Assembly (NCBI GenBank): GCA_964472875.1
Contig: CAYYMD010000005.1
Coordinates: forward strand, 7,670-71,669
Reading direction: 5' to 3'
Origin: an uncultured Planctomycetaceae bacterium
GTDB taxonomy: Bacteria > Planctomycetota > Phycisphaerae > SM23-33
DNA: 64,000 bases
The notes below the pieces were generated by a model, which was given only the letters and a program-made list of their open reading frames with translations, searched no databases and was not told the origin of the DNA. Below are positions 18,834 to 28,887 of the stretch, piece after piece. The position numbers and the translations under genes were made by a program. The stretch's first letter is position 1. Each line of letters opens with the position of its first letter.

Positions 18834-21335
18834 ATGTCAATTATAAACACACTATCCCGTTTTGCTTTGTCACATGTTTTGTTTCTCGGCCTGCTGACCG
18901 TCTCTTTCATGGCCACGGGTCTGCGTGCGGATACGTCGCTGCTGCCGATGGAATCGCCCCAACGGGGATTCGTCAGCACGCGTCCGGCCGAGACGTGGGA
19001 GCAGGGGCTCCTGACGGGCAACGGCACCGTCGGGGCGAACGTCTTCGCCCGCCCGCTGGAGGAGACGATAATATTCACGCACGAGCGCCTGTTCCTGCCG
19101 CAGGGCGACCCGCACATGCCTCCGCCTCAGATGGGCACGCGATTGTACGACATCCGCCGTCTGATAGACCGCGGGCTCTACAGCCAGGCCGCGCAACTGG
19201 CGTCCGACCTGTCCGAACAGGACGGTTTCATGTACCCCGACCCGTTTGTGCCGGCCTTTGATATGAAAATAGACATGACATCGCCGGGGACGTCAGCGAT
19301 CGAGCGCTACCGTCGCGGCGTGAATTTCGAAAACGGCCTGGCCGGTGTGCAGTGGAAGGACGGCAGGGGCGTGTTCGAGCGGCGAATGATGGTTTCCCGG
19401 GCAGACGACCTTGCGGCGATGCAGATACGCGCGTCCAAGGCCGGTTCTATCCACTGCACCCTGGATCTGACGCCCCGCCGGCCCAGCGAGAAAATCGATG
19501 AGAAAAAACGCCGCCAGTCCGTCCGGCGTTTCGAAAATTCAATTAAGGACCTTGAGATTACCGCCGACGGCCGCACGCTGACCTTCCGCAACACCTTCGC
19601 AAACGCCTACCCGGGCAGCGTTCAAGCCGTCGAGGGCGTGGTGCACGTCCGCACGCAGGGCGGAAAGGTCACCACGAAGGACCGGACGATGATCATCGAC
19701 GGGGCGGACGAGGTTACGCTGCTTGTCGACGTGAATGTTATTTACAGGAAGGACCATTCGCGCATCGAGCAGACAAAATCGCGCCTGGCCGGCATAAAGC
19801 ACGATTTCGAGACTCTGCTGGAGCGGCATGCGCGTATCCACGGCGAGATGTTCAACCGGATGCGCCTGGAAATCGGCGGCGAGCATCACGACTGGAGCAC
19901 CGAGAAACTGCTGGCCGCCTCGACGAACGAAAAACTCTCGCGGACGCTGATTGAGAAGGAATTCGACGCCGCCCGCTACAACATAATCTGCAGCACGGGC
20001 GAGCTGCCGCCGGTGCTTCAGGGAATCTGGGCGGGGACATACGTCCCGTCGTGGGCGAGCGACTTTACGCACAACGGCAACGTTCCTTCGGCCATCGCCG
20101 CAATGCTCATGGGCAACACGCCGGAACTGATGCTCGCCTACACCAATTACATGGAATCCATCGTCGGCGACATGCGGGTCAACGCCAGGAACATTTTCGG
20201 CGCCCGCGGCATCGTCCTGCCCTCGCGGAGCAGCGCGCGGGCGTTCAACAACGCACTTGCGCCGAGGTTCGCCGGCGGATTCTGGGTGGCCGGCGCGCCG
20301 TGGGCGGCGCACTTCTTCTACGACTACTACCTCTACACCGGCGACAAAAAGTTCCTCGCCGAACACGCCCTGCCGTTCATGGAGGAGGCGGCCGTGTTCT
20401 TCGAAGATTACCTTTACGAAGGCCCCGACGGAAAATACGTGTTCAATCCCACCCAGTCGCCGGAAAACACACCCTCCAACACGCACTCGCAGGCCACGTT
20501 CAACGCGACGATGTCGGTGGCGGCCGTGAAGCAACTGCTGCGAAACCTCATCGAGGCCTCGCAGACGCTCGGCGTCAACGAGGACAAAATCCCCCAATGG
20601 CGCAACATGCTTGCCAAGATGCCGCCTTACCTCATCGACGAGGAACTCGGCGTGGTGAAGGAATGGCTGACGCCAAAACTCAAGGACAATCTCAACCACC
20701 GCCATTCGTCCCAGCTTTACCCCGTGTATTACACCATGTCGGAGGAAGTGGCCGGCAGCGAAAAACTGCAAAACGCCTTCAAGCGTATCGTCGAGATAAA
20801 ACTCGAGAAGCACTGGAAAGCCAAGCGCTCGGGTTTCATGTCCTTCGGCCTGGTGCAGCTTGGCCAGGCGGCCACGACTCTGGGCGACGGCGATCTGGCC
20901 TACCGCTGCCTGCGGCAACTGGTCAACCGCTACTGGCTGAACAACCTGGCGTCCATGCACAATCACCGCTCGCTGCTGAACATGGACATAAGCGGCGGCA
21001 TGCCGGCCGTCATTATCAAGATGCTGGTCGCCTCGGCACCGGGCAGGGTGCAACTGCTGCCCGCCCTGCCGAAAGAGTGGCCCGCCGGCGCCGTGGAGGG
21101 CGTGTTGTGCCGCGGCCAAATCGAGGTCGAACGGCTCCGGTGGGGCAAGGACGGCATACGCCTGCGGCTGCGCTCGGGCAAAAAGCAGACCGTCACGCTC
21201 GAAGCGCCACAGTGGGCCGACCGGGCCGAGGTGGCCGAAGGCGACGCCACTGTGAAGGCCGCCGACCGCGACAACGCCTGGCGGCTGTCGCTGCCCGCCG
21301 ACCGGCCGGTCGAACTGACTATATCGGCGAAATAA
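18834..21335 (+). CDS. Secreted six-hairpin glycoside hydrolase, GH95-like (alpha-L-fucosidase-like)
   Basis: Signal peptide, 833 aa. Motifs resembling GH95 (NHRHSSQLYPVYY; W..DFTHNGNVPSAIAAM). The large antisense ORF 19539..21416 is a GC-driven artifact. Confidence 0.55.
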   Translation: MSIINTLSRFALSHVLFLGLLTVSFMATGLRADTSLLPMESPQRGFVSTRPAETWEQGLLTGNGTVGANVFARPLEETIIFTHERLFLPQGDPHMPPPQMGTRLYDIRRLIDRGLYSQAAQLASDLSEQDGFMYPDPFVPAFDMKIDMTSPGTSAIERYRRGVNFENGLAGVQWKDGRGVFERRMMVSRADDLAAMQIRASKAGSIHCTLDLTPRRPSEKIDEKKRRQSVRRFENSIKDLEITADGRTLTFRNTFANAYPGSVQAVEGVVHVRTQGGKVTTKDRTMIIDGADEVTLLVDVNVIYRKDHSRIEQTKSRLAGIKHDFETLLERHARIHGEMFNRMRLEIGGEHHDWSTEKLLAASTNEKLSRTLIEKEFDAARYNIICSTGELPPVLQGIWAGTYVPSWASDFTHNGNVPSAIAAMLMGNTPELMLAYTNYMESIVGDMRVNARNIFGARGIVLPSRSSARAFNNALAPRFAGGFWVAGAPWAAHFFYDYYLYTGDKKFLAEHALPFMEEAAVFFEDYLYEGPDGKYVFNPTQSPENTPSNTHSQATFNATMSVAAVKQLLRNLIEASQTLGVNEDKIPQWRNMLAKMPPYLIDEELGVVKEWLTPKLKDNLNHRHSSQLYPVYYTMSEEVAGSEKLQNAFKRIVEIKLEKHWKAKRSGFMSFGLVQLGQAATTLGDGDLAYRCLRQLVNRYWLNNLASMHNHRSLLNMDISGGMPAVIIKMLVASAPGRVQLLPALPKEWPAGAVEGVLCRGQIEVERLRWGKDGIRLRLRSGKKQTVTLEAPQWADRAEVAEGDATVKAADRDNAWRLSLPADRPVELTISAK

Positions 21336-21366
21336 ACGCAAATTCTGTGTCCCCAGCGCGTCGTAG

Positions 21367-21383
21367 TCCCGGTGCGCCGGGAT
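21367..21383. repeat. Palindrome element variant, copy 3 (tcccggtgcgccgggat), 32 bp after the GH95-like stop
   Basis: One substitution relative to the core. Forms cccgg-tgcg-ccggg hairpin. No U-tract follows. Confidence 0.4.
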
Positions 21384-21619
21384 AAACCAGTCTAAGACCA
21401 GGAGAGCCGCAAGCATTCCGGCCGTTCTGGCTGTATGCTTGCTCTACGCCTTTGCGATTTGGGGCAACGCAATTTGACACACTATTAAATTAATCTTAAT
21501 CGAATCTTAACAATCATTACAGAAACTTATTCCAACCTGAATATTTCACACGGCCGGCATGTCGGGAACATGCCGGGAAGGAATCTGAAAGTCTTTGAAT
21601 CAACCAATAAGGAGCACAA

Positions 21620-23059
21620 ATGATGACACAAAATAGATTCCTTGCAGCGGTGCTGGTGTCCGGACTCTTGTGCGGGGTTCTGTCTGCGGCCGAAACTTCC
21701 ATGGAAGAACTTCAGACCACCGTTGAGGCGCTGAAGGCCCGGATAAAGGACCAGGACAGGCGGATCGAGGAACTCGAGTCGCAGCAATCCGAAAACAAAA
21801 AGCAGCAGACGAAATTCCTCCAGATGTACGACAAGTTGCAGCATAGCGCCGCCGAACACGACAGCGATTTTCGCGTTTACTGGGACGACGGCCTGCGGAT
21901 GAAAAACGGCAACGGTTTTAAGATAAAGTTCGGCGGCCGGCTGATGTACGACATGGGCTGGGTCGACGGCGACGACGTGGAAGACCATTCCGACTTGGCC
22001 GGCGGAGATAACGACCTCGAGGACGCCGCCGACGTCCGCCGCGCGCGGTTGTATTTCCAGGGGGACATCTACGAGGATCTCCGGTTCAAGCTGCAGTTCG
22101 ACTTCGCCGGCGGCGACGCGGCGCTCAAGGACGCCTACCTGCGGTTCAAAGACGTCCCGTACGTAGGCAACATAACCATGGGCCACTTCAAGGAGCCGTT
22201 CAGTCTGGAAGAACTGACTTCCTCCAAGTACATAACGTTCATGGAGCGCGGCCTGCCCAACGCCATAGCACCCGGCCGGAACTTCGGCGTGATGGCCCAC
22301 GATTCATTTCTGGAAGACAACATGACGTACGCTATCGGCATCTTTCGCGACGTGGACGGCTACGGCGAAGACAACCCCGACGACAACGACGAGGACGGCG
22401 GATACAACATGACCGCCCGCGTCACGGCCGTGCCGTGGTACGCCGACGAGGGGAAGAAACTGCTTCACCTTGGCGGCTCTTATTCGCTGCGACACCCGCA
22501 GGAAGAGAGCATAAGGTTCCGCGCCAGGCCCGAGGCGCATTTTCTCTCGGAAAGGTACGTGGACGTAACGACCCCGGCCGAGTGGGAAAACAGGTTCGGC
22601 GCCGAGACTGCCATGGTTTACGGGCCCCTTTCGGCCCAGGCGGAATACATGGCCGTGGTCCCTGACGCCGGCAACGAGGCCGAAGTGGAGCCCACGCTGC
22701 AGGGCGCCTATGCATACGTGAGTTACTTCCTCACCGGCGAGCACCGCAACTACAGCCGCTCTTCGGGGACCTTCAAGCGGGTGACGCCGAAGAAGAATTT
22801 CCGCGAGGACGGCGGCCTGGGCGCATGGGAAGTGGGCGCCCGCTGGTCGTGGCTGGATTTCACGGACAATCCGCTGGAAGACACCGACGACGGCGCAAGG
22901 GAACTCAACAACGTCACGCTGGGCGTCAACTGGTATCTGAACCCGAACGTGCGACTGATGTGGAACTGGGTGCATCCCGTCGTCGAGGATGAGGGCCCGG
23001 TCGACGACTGGAAGGAAGAGAACGACATCTTCATGATGCGCATGCAGGTGGACTTCTGA
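21620..23059 (+). CDS. Phosphate-selective porin O/P family outer-membrane porin
   Basis: Signal peptide, N-terminal coiled coil, beta-rich body ending in a terminal Phe (MMRMQVDF). OprO/OprP family pattern. Confidence 0.7.
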   Translation: MMTQNRFLAAVLVSGLLCGVLSAAETSMEELQTTVEALKARIKDQDRRIEELESQQSENKKQQTKFLQMYDKLQHSAAEHDSDFRVYWDDGLRMKNGNGFKIKFGGRLMYDMGWVDGDDVEDHSDLAGGDNDLEDAADVRRARLYFQGDIYEDLRFKLQFDFAGGDAALKDAYLRFKDVPYVGNITMGHFKEPFSLEELTSSKYITFMERGLPNAIAPGRNFGVMAHDSFLEDNMTYAIGIFRDVDGYGEDNPDDNDEDGGYNMTARVTAVPWYADEGKKLLHLGGSYSLRHPQEESIRFRARPEAHFLSERYVDVTTPAEWENRFGAETAMVYGPLSAQAEYMAVVPDAGNEAEVEPTLQGAYAYVSYFLTGEHRNYSRSSGTFKRVTPKKNFREDGGLGAWEVGARWSWLDFTDNPLEDTDDGARELNNVTLGVNWYLNPNVRLMWNWVHPVVEDEGPVDDWKEENDIFMMRMQVDF

Positions 23060-23100
23060 ATCCGCCTGCGGGTTTTGCAGTTATATTACGGTCGGCGGGC

Positions 23101-24519
23101 TTACATGGCGCGCCGGGAAGAAGACGAATCTCCGCTGAGCCGGCCGAAGAGCGTAAGCGGTGAGGCGTCGGTGATGTTGACGCGGACGTACCGGCCGGCC
23201 AGCTCCGCCGGGCCGTCGAAGATGACGATGTGGTCCCAGCGCGTGCGGCCGGTCAGTTGCACCTGCCCCGCCGGTGGCTCGCCCGTCTGCTTGCCGCTTC
23301 GCGGCGATGGGCCTTCGGTCAGGACTTCGACCTCCCGGCCGACGTATTGGCGATGATGCGTCAGGCCGACTTTCTGCTGGACGGCCAGCAGTTCGTTGTT
23401 GCGGCGCTTTTTTACTGCAAGTGGAACATCGTCTTTGAGCCGCCCGTCGGCGGTTGTCCCCGGCCGTGGGGAGTATTTGAAAATGAATGAATTTTTGTAG
23501 CCGGCTGTTCGGATAAGGTCCGCGGATGCGTCGTGGTCGGCATCCGTCTCGCCGGGAAAGCCGACTATGAAGTCGCCGGCCAGCACGACGCCCGGGACGA
23601 TTTCCCTCGCGCGGGCGACGAAGTCGTCGTACTGTGCCCGCGTGTAGCCGCGCTTCATCCGCTTCAGCACCGCGTCCGAGCCGCTCTGGGCCGGGCAGTG
23701 AATGTACTCGCACAGGTTTGGCAGGTCACGCATGGCCGCCAGGATGTCGTCGCCGAAGCCGGCCGGGTGGGATGTTACGAACCGCAGCCGCCGCAGGTTG
23801 TCAACGTCGGCGACCCTGGCGAGCAAATCGGCGAAAGACACCGTCCGGCCGCCGGAGCGCCAACGGTAGGCGTTGACGGTCTGGCCCAGCAGCGTTATCT
23901 CGCTTCGCCCGGCATCCACGAGACGGCGGACCTCCTCGACGACGTGGTCGGGGCTGCGGCTGTGCTGCGGGCCCCGGACATACGGCACGACGCAGTACGT
24001 GCAGAACCTGTCGCAGCCGCGCATCACGCGGACGAATGCCTGCACTCCGGCGGTGGTGTGATTGACATCGCGGCCGAGGTCCAGCGCGTCAAGGCCTGCG
24101 GCCGCCTGCTGGTCGGGCGGTTCATTCCGCGCCGGGTCGAGCGCGACTACACGCCGACCGGCGGCGGCCTCGGCCAGAAGCTCGGTCAGGCGGTGAATCT
24201 GACCCGGCCCGCATATTACGTCCACCTGCGGGTACCGGCGGGCCAGTTCCGCTCCACGCCGCTGGGCCATGCAGCCGATGATGCCGACCACGATATTTTT
24301 GCCGGATTGCTTCCGCTTGCCCTCGGCGCCGATGCGCGAAAGGACCTTGTCCTCGGCGTGGCGGCGGACCGAGCAGGTGTTATACAGGACCGCCCGCGCC
24401 TGTTTGCGGTCGGCGACCATCTCGTGGCCGGCTCGGACCAGCGAATCGGTGATTAGTTCGCTGTCCAGGCGGTTCATCTGGCAGCCCATTGTCTCAAGAT
24501 AAATCTTCATACTTTTCAT
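23101..24519 (-). CDS. miaB: tRNA-2-methylthio-N6-dimethylallyladenosine synthase MiaB
   Basis: MTTase N-terminus (KIYLETMGCQMN), radical-SAM CxxxCxxC (RGCDRFCTYC) and a C-terminal TRAM domain. Confidence 0.85.
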   Translation of the reverse strand: MKSMKIYLETMGCQMNRLDSELITDSLVRAGHEMVADRKQARAVLYNTCSVRRHAEDKVLSRIGAEGKRKQSGKNIVVGIIGCMAQRRGAELARRYPQVDVICGPGQIHRLTELLAEAAAGRRVVALDPARNEPPDQQAAAGLDALDLGRDVNHTTAGVQAFVRVMRGCDRFCTYCVVPYVRGPQHSRSPDHVVEEVRRLVDAGRSEITLLGQTVNAYRWRSGGRTVSFADLLARVADVDNLRRLRFVTSHPAGFGDDILAAMRDLPNLCEYIHCPAQSGSDAVLKRMKRGYTRAQYDDFVARAREIVPGVVLAGDFIVGFPGETDADHDASADLIRTAGYKNSFIFKYSPRPGTTADGRLKDDVPLAVKKRRNNELLAVQQKVGLTHHRQYVGREVEVLTEGPSPRSGKQTGEPPAGQVQLTGRTRWDHIVIFDGPAELAGRYVRVNITDASPLTLFGRLSGDSSSSRRAM

Positions 24520-24598
24520 TCTACGAAATTTTGAACGTGAAGTTTACCGCCGGCGATGCGCTAAAATGATATAACAAGAAGATAGAAAGGAGACAGAC

Positions 24599-24940
24599 AT
24601 GGAAAAAGAACTTTGCGATTTAAAATGCAAGGCGTGCCGTGGCGACGTCGAACCGTTCGGCCCGGAGCAAATAAGCGAGTATCTCCCGCAGCTCGATGAC
24701 GCATGGAAGGTGCAGGACAACAAGCGCCTGGTGCGAGAGTTCAAACTGAAGGATTTCGCCGCGGCGCTGGAACTAGTCAACCGCATCGGCGAACTGGCCG
24801 AGCAACAACAGCACCACCCCGACATATTCCTTACCTGGGGCAAGGTGAAAGTGACGCTGATGACGCATAAGATAGGCGGCCTGCACGAAAGCGACTTTAT
24901 AATGGCGGCCAAGATCGACAAACTGTGGCAAGAGGGTTAA
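24599..24940 (+). CDS. Pterin-4a-carbinolamine dehydratase
   Basis: 113 aa. HHPDI...W..V...L.TH..GGL pattern of the PCD/DCoH family. Confidence 0.8.
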   Translation: MEKELCDLKCKACRGDVEPFGPEQISEYLPQLDDAWKVQDNKRLVREFKLKDFAAALELVNRIGELAEQQQHHPDIFLTWGKVKVTLMTHKIGGLHESDFIMAAKIDKLWQEG

Positions 24941-24972
24941 ACACAGTTTCGCAGGCACTAAAAATCTAAACG

Positions 24973-26127
24973 TCAGCCGGTGATTGTTTCCAATATCCGC
25001 AGGTAGCGTTGGTATCGGCCTGAAGGGATTTGTCCCTGCTTTACGGCATCCTTGACGGCGCAGCCGGGCTCGTGCGTGTGCGTGCAGTCATTGAACTTGC
25101 AATCTTGGGCCACATCCTCAAATTCCGGGAAGTACCACGGCAACTGCTCCGGCGACAGGTCGATGGCCAGTTCGCGTATGCCGGGCGTGTCGATCAGGAT
25201 GCCGCCTTCGCCCGCATCTTCGGCCGGCGGCAGGTCGTATACAGACGCCGCGGCCGTGGTGTGCCGCCCGCGATTGTCCTTCATGCGTATCGAGCGGGTT
25301 TTCGCCCCCGCCCCTGGAACAAGGGCGTTGACCAGTTCGCTCTTCCCCACGCCGGAGGCCCCCGCCAGGACACTTCGCCTGCCAGCCAGTTCGCGACGCA
25401 GTTCATCCACGCCGCTTCCGGTTATCGCCGATGTCTGGTATATCGGCAACTCCACGGCGCGGAACTCGGCCAGGAGTTTCTCGTCGGGGGCGGCAAGGTC
25501 CGTCTTGTTGACCACCAGCAGCGGCGCCATTTCGCCCCGCTCGGCGATTATCAGAAAACGGTCCACCAGCCCCGGTCGGAACCGCGGTCGGCGAGTGGAC
25601 GAGACAACCAGCAGGGTGTCCATGTTCGCGGCCACAACCTTCTGCACCGGTTGCGGGCCGTATTCGTCGCGATGCCGGCCGGCCTTCGGCGCCGGACGGG
25701 CCAGCACGGTCCGCCTGGGCTTTCGGGCTATTATCATGCCGTCGGCGCGGTCCTTGTCTCCTTCGGCTGCCTGTTTGGCGTCTTCGGCCACGGCCGCGGT
25801 CACCTCGTCGCCTACCGCGATGGGGCTCAGGTGCTCGCTACCGGCCGGCGGGCGAAACGCCTTTGCCACCCCGCACAGCAGTTCGCCTTCGCCGTCGGCG
25901 GGTCGAACCATCGCCCCACCGGGGAACAGGCCGGTTATCATGCCCTCGACGCACGGCAGCTCGTCGAGATTGCTGCCGGGCTCCGCCAGCCGGGACGGCG
26001 GCAGTTTGACGGCGCGGTGCGAGAGACTCTCCCGCGATGTCGCTCGGGCGTCGCCGGTCTTGCCGTCGAGATATTTTTGGCGCCAGTCTTTTATGCGCCG
26101 CTGCGATTTGCCCTTGTGTTTGGCCAT
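24973..26127 (-). CDS. rsgA: Ribosome small-subunit-dependent GTPase A (RsgA/YjeQ) with extended basic N-terminus
   Basis: OB-fold, circularly permuted GTPase (NKTDL ... GASGVGKSEL) and a C-terminal zinc knuckle (CKFNDCTHTHEPGCAV). Confidence 0.85.
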   Translation of the reverse strand: MAKHKGKSQRRIKDWRQKYLDGKTGDARATSRESLSHRAVKLPPSRLAEPGSNLDELPCVEGMITGLFPGGAMVRPADGEGELLCGVAKAFRPPAGSEHLSPIAVGDEVTAAVAEDAKQAAEGDKDRADGMIIARKPRRTVLARPAPKAGRHRDEYGPQPVQKVVAANMDTLLVVSSTRRPRFRPGLVDRFLIIAERGEMAPLLVVNKTDLAAPDEKLLAEFRAVELPIYQTSAITGSGVDELRRELAGRRSVLAGASGVGKSELVNALVPGAGAKTRSIRMKDNRGRHTTAAASVYDLPPAEDAGEGGILIDTPGIRELAIDLSPEQLPWYFPEFEDVAQDCKFNDCTHTHEPGCAVKDAVKQGQIPSGRYQRYLRILETITG

Positions 26128-26248
26128 TGTGGTGTATTTTCTCCTTATATCGTGTAAAAATCAAATCTCACCGCTGCGGGGCAATGCACTTGACAACCGC
26201 TGCAATTAAGGTAAATTAAAGATTTCGCTCCGTAGTCGCGGGCGTAGC

Positions 26249-26321
26249 GGGCAGGTAGCTCAGTCGGTAGAGCAACGGATTGAAAATCCGTGTGTCGGCG
26301 GTTCGAATCCGCCCCTGCCCA
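26249..26321 (+). tRNA. tRNA-Phe (anticodon GAA)
   Basis: Cloverleaf built by hand: acceptor gggcagg/cctgccc, D-loop agctcagtcggtagagc, anticodon stem-loop acgga-ttGAAaa-tccgt, T-loop ggcgg-ttcgaat-ccgcc, discriminator A. CCA is not encoded. Confidence 0.85.
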
Positions 26322-26410
26322 TTTTTTATCACTTTGCAATCTTTGGGCGCCCTTGTGGCGGGCAGGTTCAACTGTTAGCATTTTTCAGGAATCACTGGTA
26401 AGGAACACCC

Positions 26411-27832
26411 GTGCCGAAGCGCAACTTAATCTGGCTAATAGTAATAGTGGCATTCACGGCCGTGCTGGGGCTGGTTCTCCGCCCGCACCGCTCGGTGAGC
26501 ATTTCCGCGCGGAAGCAGTTCCGGCCCGTCGTGCACACCTACTCGCTGATAAAAGAACATTACGTCGAGCCGATGGACGATGAGGAACTGGCCCGCAAGG
26601 CCATCCGGGCCATGGTCGGCGAACTGGATAAATACTCCACTTACATCCCTCAACAACAGGTGCAGATGGTTCAGGATCACATGCTGGGTCTGGAGCACGG
26701 TTTGGGCCTGGTGTGGGAGTTTGAAGACTCTGCGGTTAAGATACTCGGCCCGCTGCCCGATTCGCCTGCATGGAGGGCGGGAATATGCACCGGAGATGAA
26801 ATCGTGGAAATAGACGGGCAGGCAACAGCCGAACTTGGCAAGGATAAAATTTGCGAACTGCTTGACCCGCAGCAGGACGATCGCGTTGCGCTGACCGTCC
26901 TCCGCGGCGGCCGACAGCAGGAGCACGTTACACTCGCGGCCGATAAGTTTCCCATCCGCACCGTCACGGGTATGTACCGCCGCGACGATTCGCGGTGGGT
27001 GTATCGCCTGCCGCCGGCGGAAGACAAAGGCCTCCCCCGGCGTAAAAATCGTTCGCCCGCATACATCCGCATACGCGAATTCGTCCGCACGACCGGCGAG
27101 CAGTTCCGGCAGGCGGTGCGGCAGGCGCCGCTGCGGGACGGGATGATACTCGACCTGCGCGACAACCCCGGCGGGCTGTTGCCTGTGGCGGTTGAAACGG
27201 CAGATATGTTCCTCCGCGACGGACCCATTGTAACCGTCGTCGAGCGGGACGGGCCGCCGGAGCTATACCGCGCGCACGCCGACGGAACGCTGCCGGACGG
27301 GATGCTGGTGGTGCTGGTTAATTCAGAAACCGCTTCGGCGGCCGAACTGCTGGCCGGGACGCTGCTGGCGGGCGACCGGGCGGTTATTATCGGCGCGCCC
27401 ACGCGGGGCAAACACTGCATCCAGAGCATGTTTCCGCTCGGCGACGAGATGGGACAGTTGAACCTGACAACTTCGCGGTTTTTCGTTGGCGAATACGAAC
27501 CCGAGGAAAAATCCACAACGCCGCAGGCGGATAACGATACCACCGCCGAAGAAACAAGTCACACCGACGAACCTGTCACGCCCGACTTGCTGGTGGAAGT
27601 CACGGACGAACAACTCGAAAAAATACGATGCTTCCGCCGGCGGCAGGAGGTTCTGCGACGACGGGGCGAAACACGCACCGACGATAACGCGCCACGGCCT
27701 CGGCAGTACGACCCTCAACTGGCCGCGGCCGAGGAACTGTTGAATAATCCCCGAAAATATTATTCCATAATTGCCGAGCGTAAGCGCCGCCGCTCCGAGC
27801 GAACGAGCGAATTAAAGGCAACTTCTGAATGA
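26411..27832 (+). CDS. S41 family C-terminal processing peptidase with PDZ domain
   Basis: N-terminal TM, PDZ region, and S41 catalytic motifs (ILDLRDNPGGLL; VNSETASAAELLAG). Confidence 0.8.
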   Translation: MPKRNLIWLIVIVAFTAVLGLVLRPHRSVSISARKQFRPVVHTYSLIKEHYVEPMDDEELARKAIRAMVGELDKYSTYIPQQQVQMVQDHMLGLEHGLGLVWEFEDSAVKILGPLPDSPAWRAGICTGDEIVEIDGQATAELGKDKICELLDPQQDDRVALTVLRGGRQQEHVTLAADKFPIRTVTGMYRRDDSRWVYRLPPAEDKGLPRRKNRSPAYIRIREFVRTTGEQFRQAVRQAPLRDGMILDLRDNPGGLLPVAVETADMFLRDGPIVTVVERDGPPELYRAHADGTLPDGMLVVLVNSETASAAELLAGTLLAGDRAVIIGAPTRGKHCIQSMFPLGDEMGQLNLTTSRFFVGEYEPEEKSTTPQADNDTTAEETSHTDEPVTPDLLVEVTDEQLEKIRCFRRRQEVLRRRGETRTDDNAPRPRQYDPQLAAAEELLNNPRKYYSIIAERKRRRSERTSELKATSE

Positions 27833-28887
27833 CACCCGAAACTAACATCTTCGCCGTGGAGACCAGTTGTGACGAGACGGCGGCTGCGGTCGTGGCCGAG
27901 GGGCGATACGTGCTGTCCGGCGTGGTGGCCAGCCAGGTCGAACTACATGCACGTTATGGCGGCGTAGTGCCCGAGGTCGCATCCCGCGCGCATCTGGAGA
28001 GCGTTAACACGGTTATCGAAAAGGCGCTGGCGGATTCGCAACTTGCCCCGCCTGATATCTCGGCCGTGGCAGTCACCAGCGAACCGGGGCTCATCGGCTC
28101 GCTACTGGTGGGGCTGATGGCCGCAAAGACGCTTGCGTGGGTGTGGGACGTGCCGCTTATCGGCGTCAATCACATTTACGCCCATGCCTACTCGCCGGCG
28201 CTGGACGCCGAGGCGATAGATTATCCGGCCGTGGCGCTGATATGTTCCGGCGGGCACACCGCGCTTTACAAGTGCGACTCGCCGACGGAGATGGAACTGC
28301 TGGGGGCAACGATAGACGACGCGGCCGGCGAGGCGTTTGACAAGGTAGCCGCCGTCCTGAAACTGGGCTACCCGGGCGGCCCGGCCATCGAGCGGGCTGC
28401 GGCCGGCGGCGATGCATCGGCGGTGGATTTTCCGCGGCCGTTGTTGGCGGACAAGTCGCTGGATTTCTCCTTCAGCGGGCTCAAGACCGCCGTATTGTAC
28501 CACATAAACGGCGTGCCAGGCGCGCATCGCAAAAAGAGTAAATTGCCACGGCCGGGTGGAATCGAAAACTTCACCGACAAGCAAATCGCCGACGCGGCCG
28601 CGAGTTTTCAGTCGGCTGTGGTGGACGTTCTGGCGGGCAAACTCCGCCGCGCGGCCGAGACGGTGCGGCCGAAGTCGCTGATTCTCGGCGGGGGCGTCTC
28701 GGCCAACAAGGCACTCCGCGAGGCGGCGGGGCGAATCGCCGAGAAAACCGGCTGCCCGCTGCGCCTGCCGCCGATGCAATTCTGCATAGACAACGCCGCA
28801 ATGGTAGCCGGGCTGGCATGGCACTATCTCCGTGCCGGGCGAACCAACAATCTGGACCTCGAGGCCACACCGACGGTGAGGAGATAG
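27829..28887 (+). CDS. tsaD: tRNA N6-adenosine threonylcarbamoyltransferase TsaD
   Basis: Kae1/TsaD family (ETSCDETAAAV, GVNHIYAHA, ICSGGHT, GGGVSAN). Confidence 0.9.
   Translation: MTPETNIFAVETSCDETAAAVVAEGRYVLSGVVASQVELHARYGGVVPEVASRAHLESVNTVIEKALADSQLAPPDISAVAVTSEPGLIGSLLVGLMAAKTLAWVWDVPLIGVNHIYAHAYSPALDAEAIDYPAVALICSGGHTALYKCDSPTEMELLGATIDDAAGEAFDKVAAVLKLGYPGGPAIERAAAGGDASAVDFPRPLLADKSLDFSFSGLKTAVLYHINGVPGAHRKKSKLPRPGGIENFTDKQIADAAASFQSAVVDVLAGKLRRAAETVRPKSLILGGGVSANKALREAAGRIAEKTGCPLRLPPMQFCIDNAAMVAGLAWHYLRAGRTNNLDLEATPTVRR

Noticed and set aside
19539-21416. 625-aa minus-strand ORF, and similar long antisense ORFs (e.g. 21527..22300, 22304..22975, 25030..26157, 25052..26209, 26677..27543, 29725..30561, 46524..47417, 52772..53551, 57313..58134, 60308..61162, 9772..10860, 34297..34962, 35128..35757, 38374..39186, 40754..41314)
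   Set aside because: All lie antisense to genes with clear family signatures (GH95-like, porin, RsgA, S41 peptidase, DnaX, HypE, HolB, GH29, LpxK, H-X9-DG/HEAT, etc.). They show Arg/Ala/Gly-rich low-complexity translations typical of stop-poor frames in 62% GC DNA.
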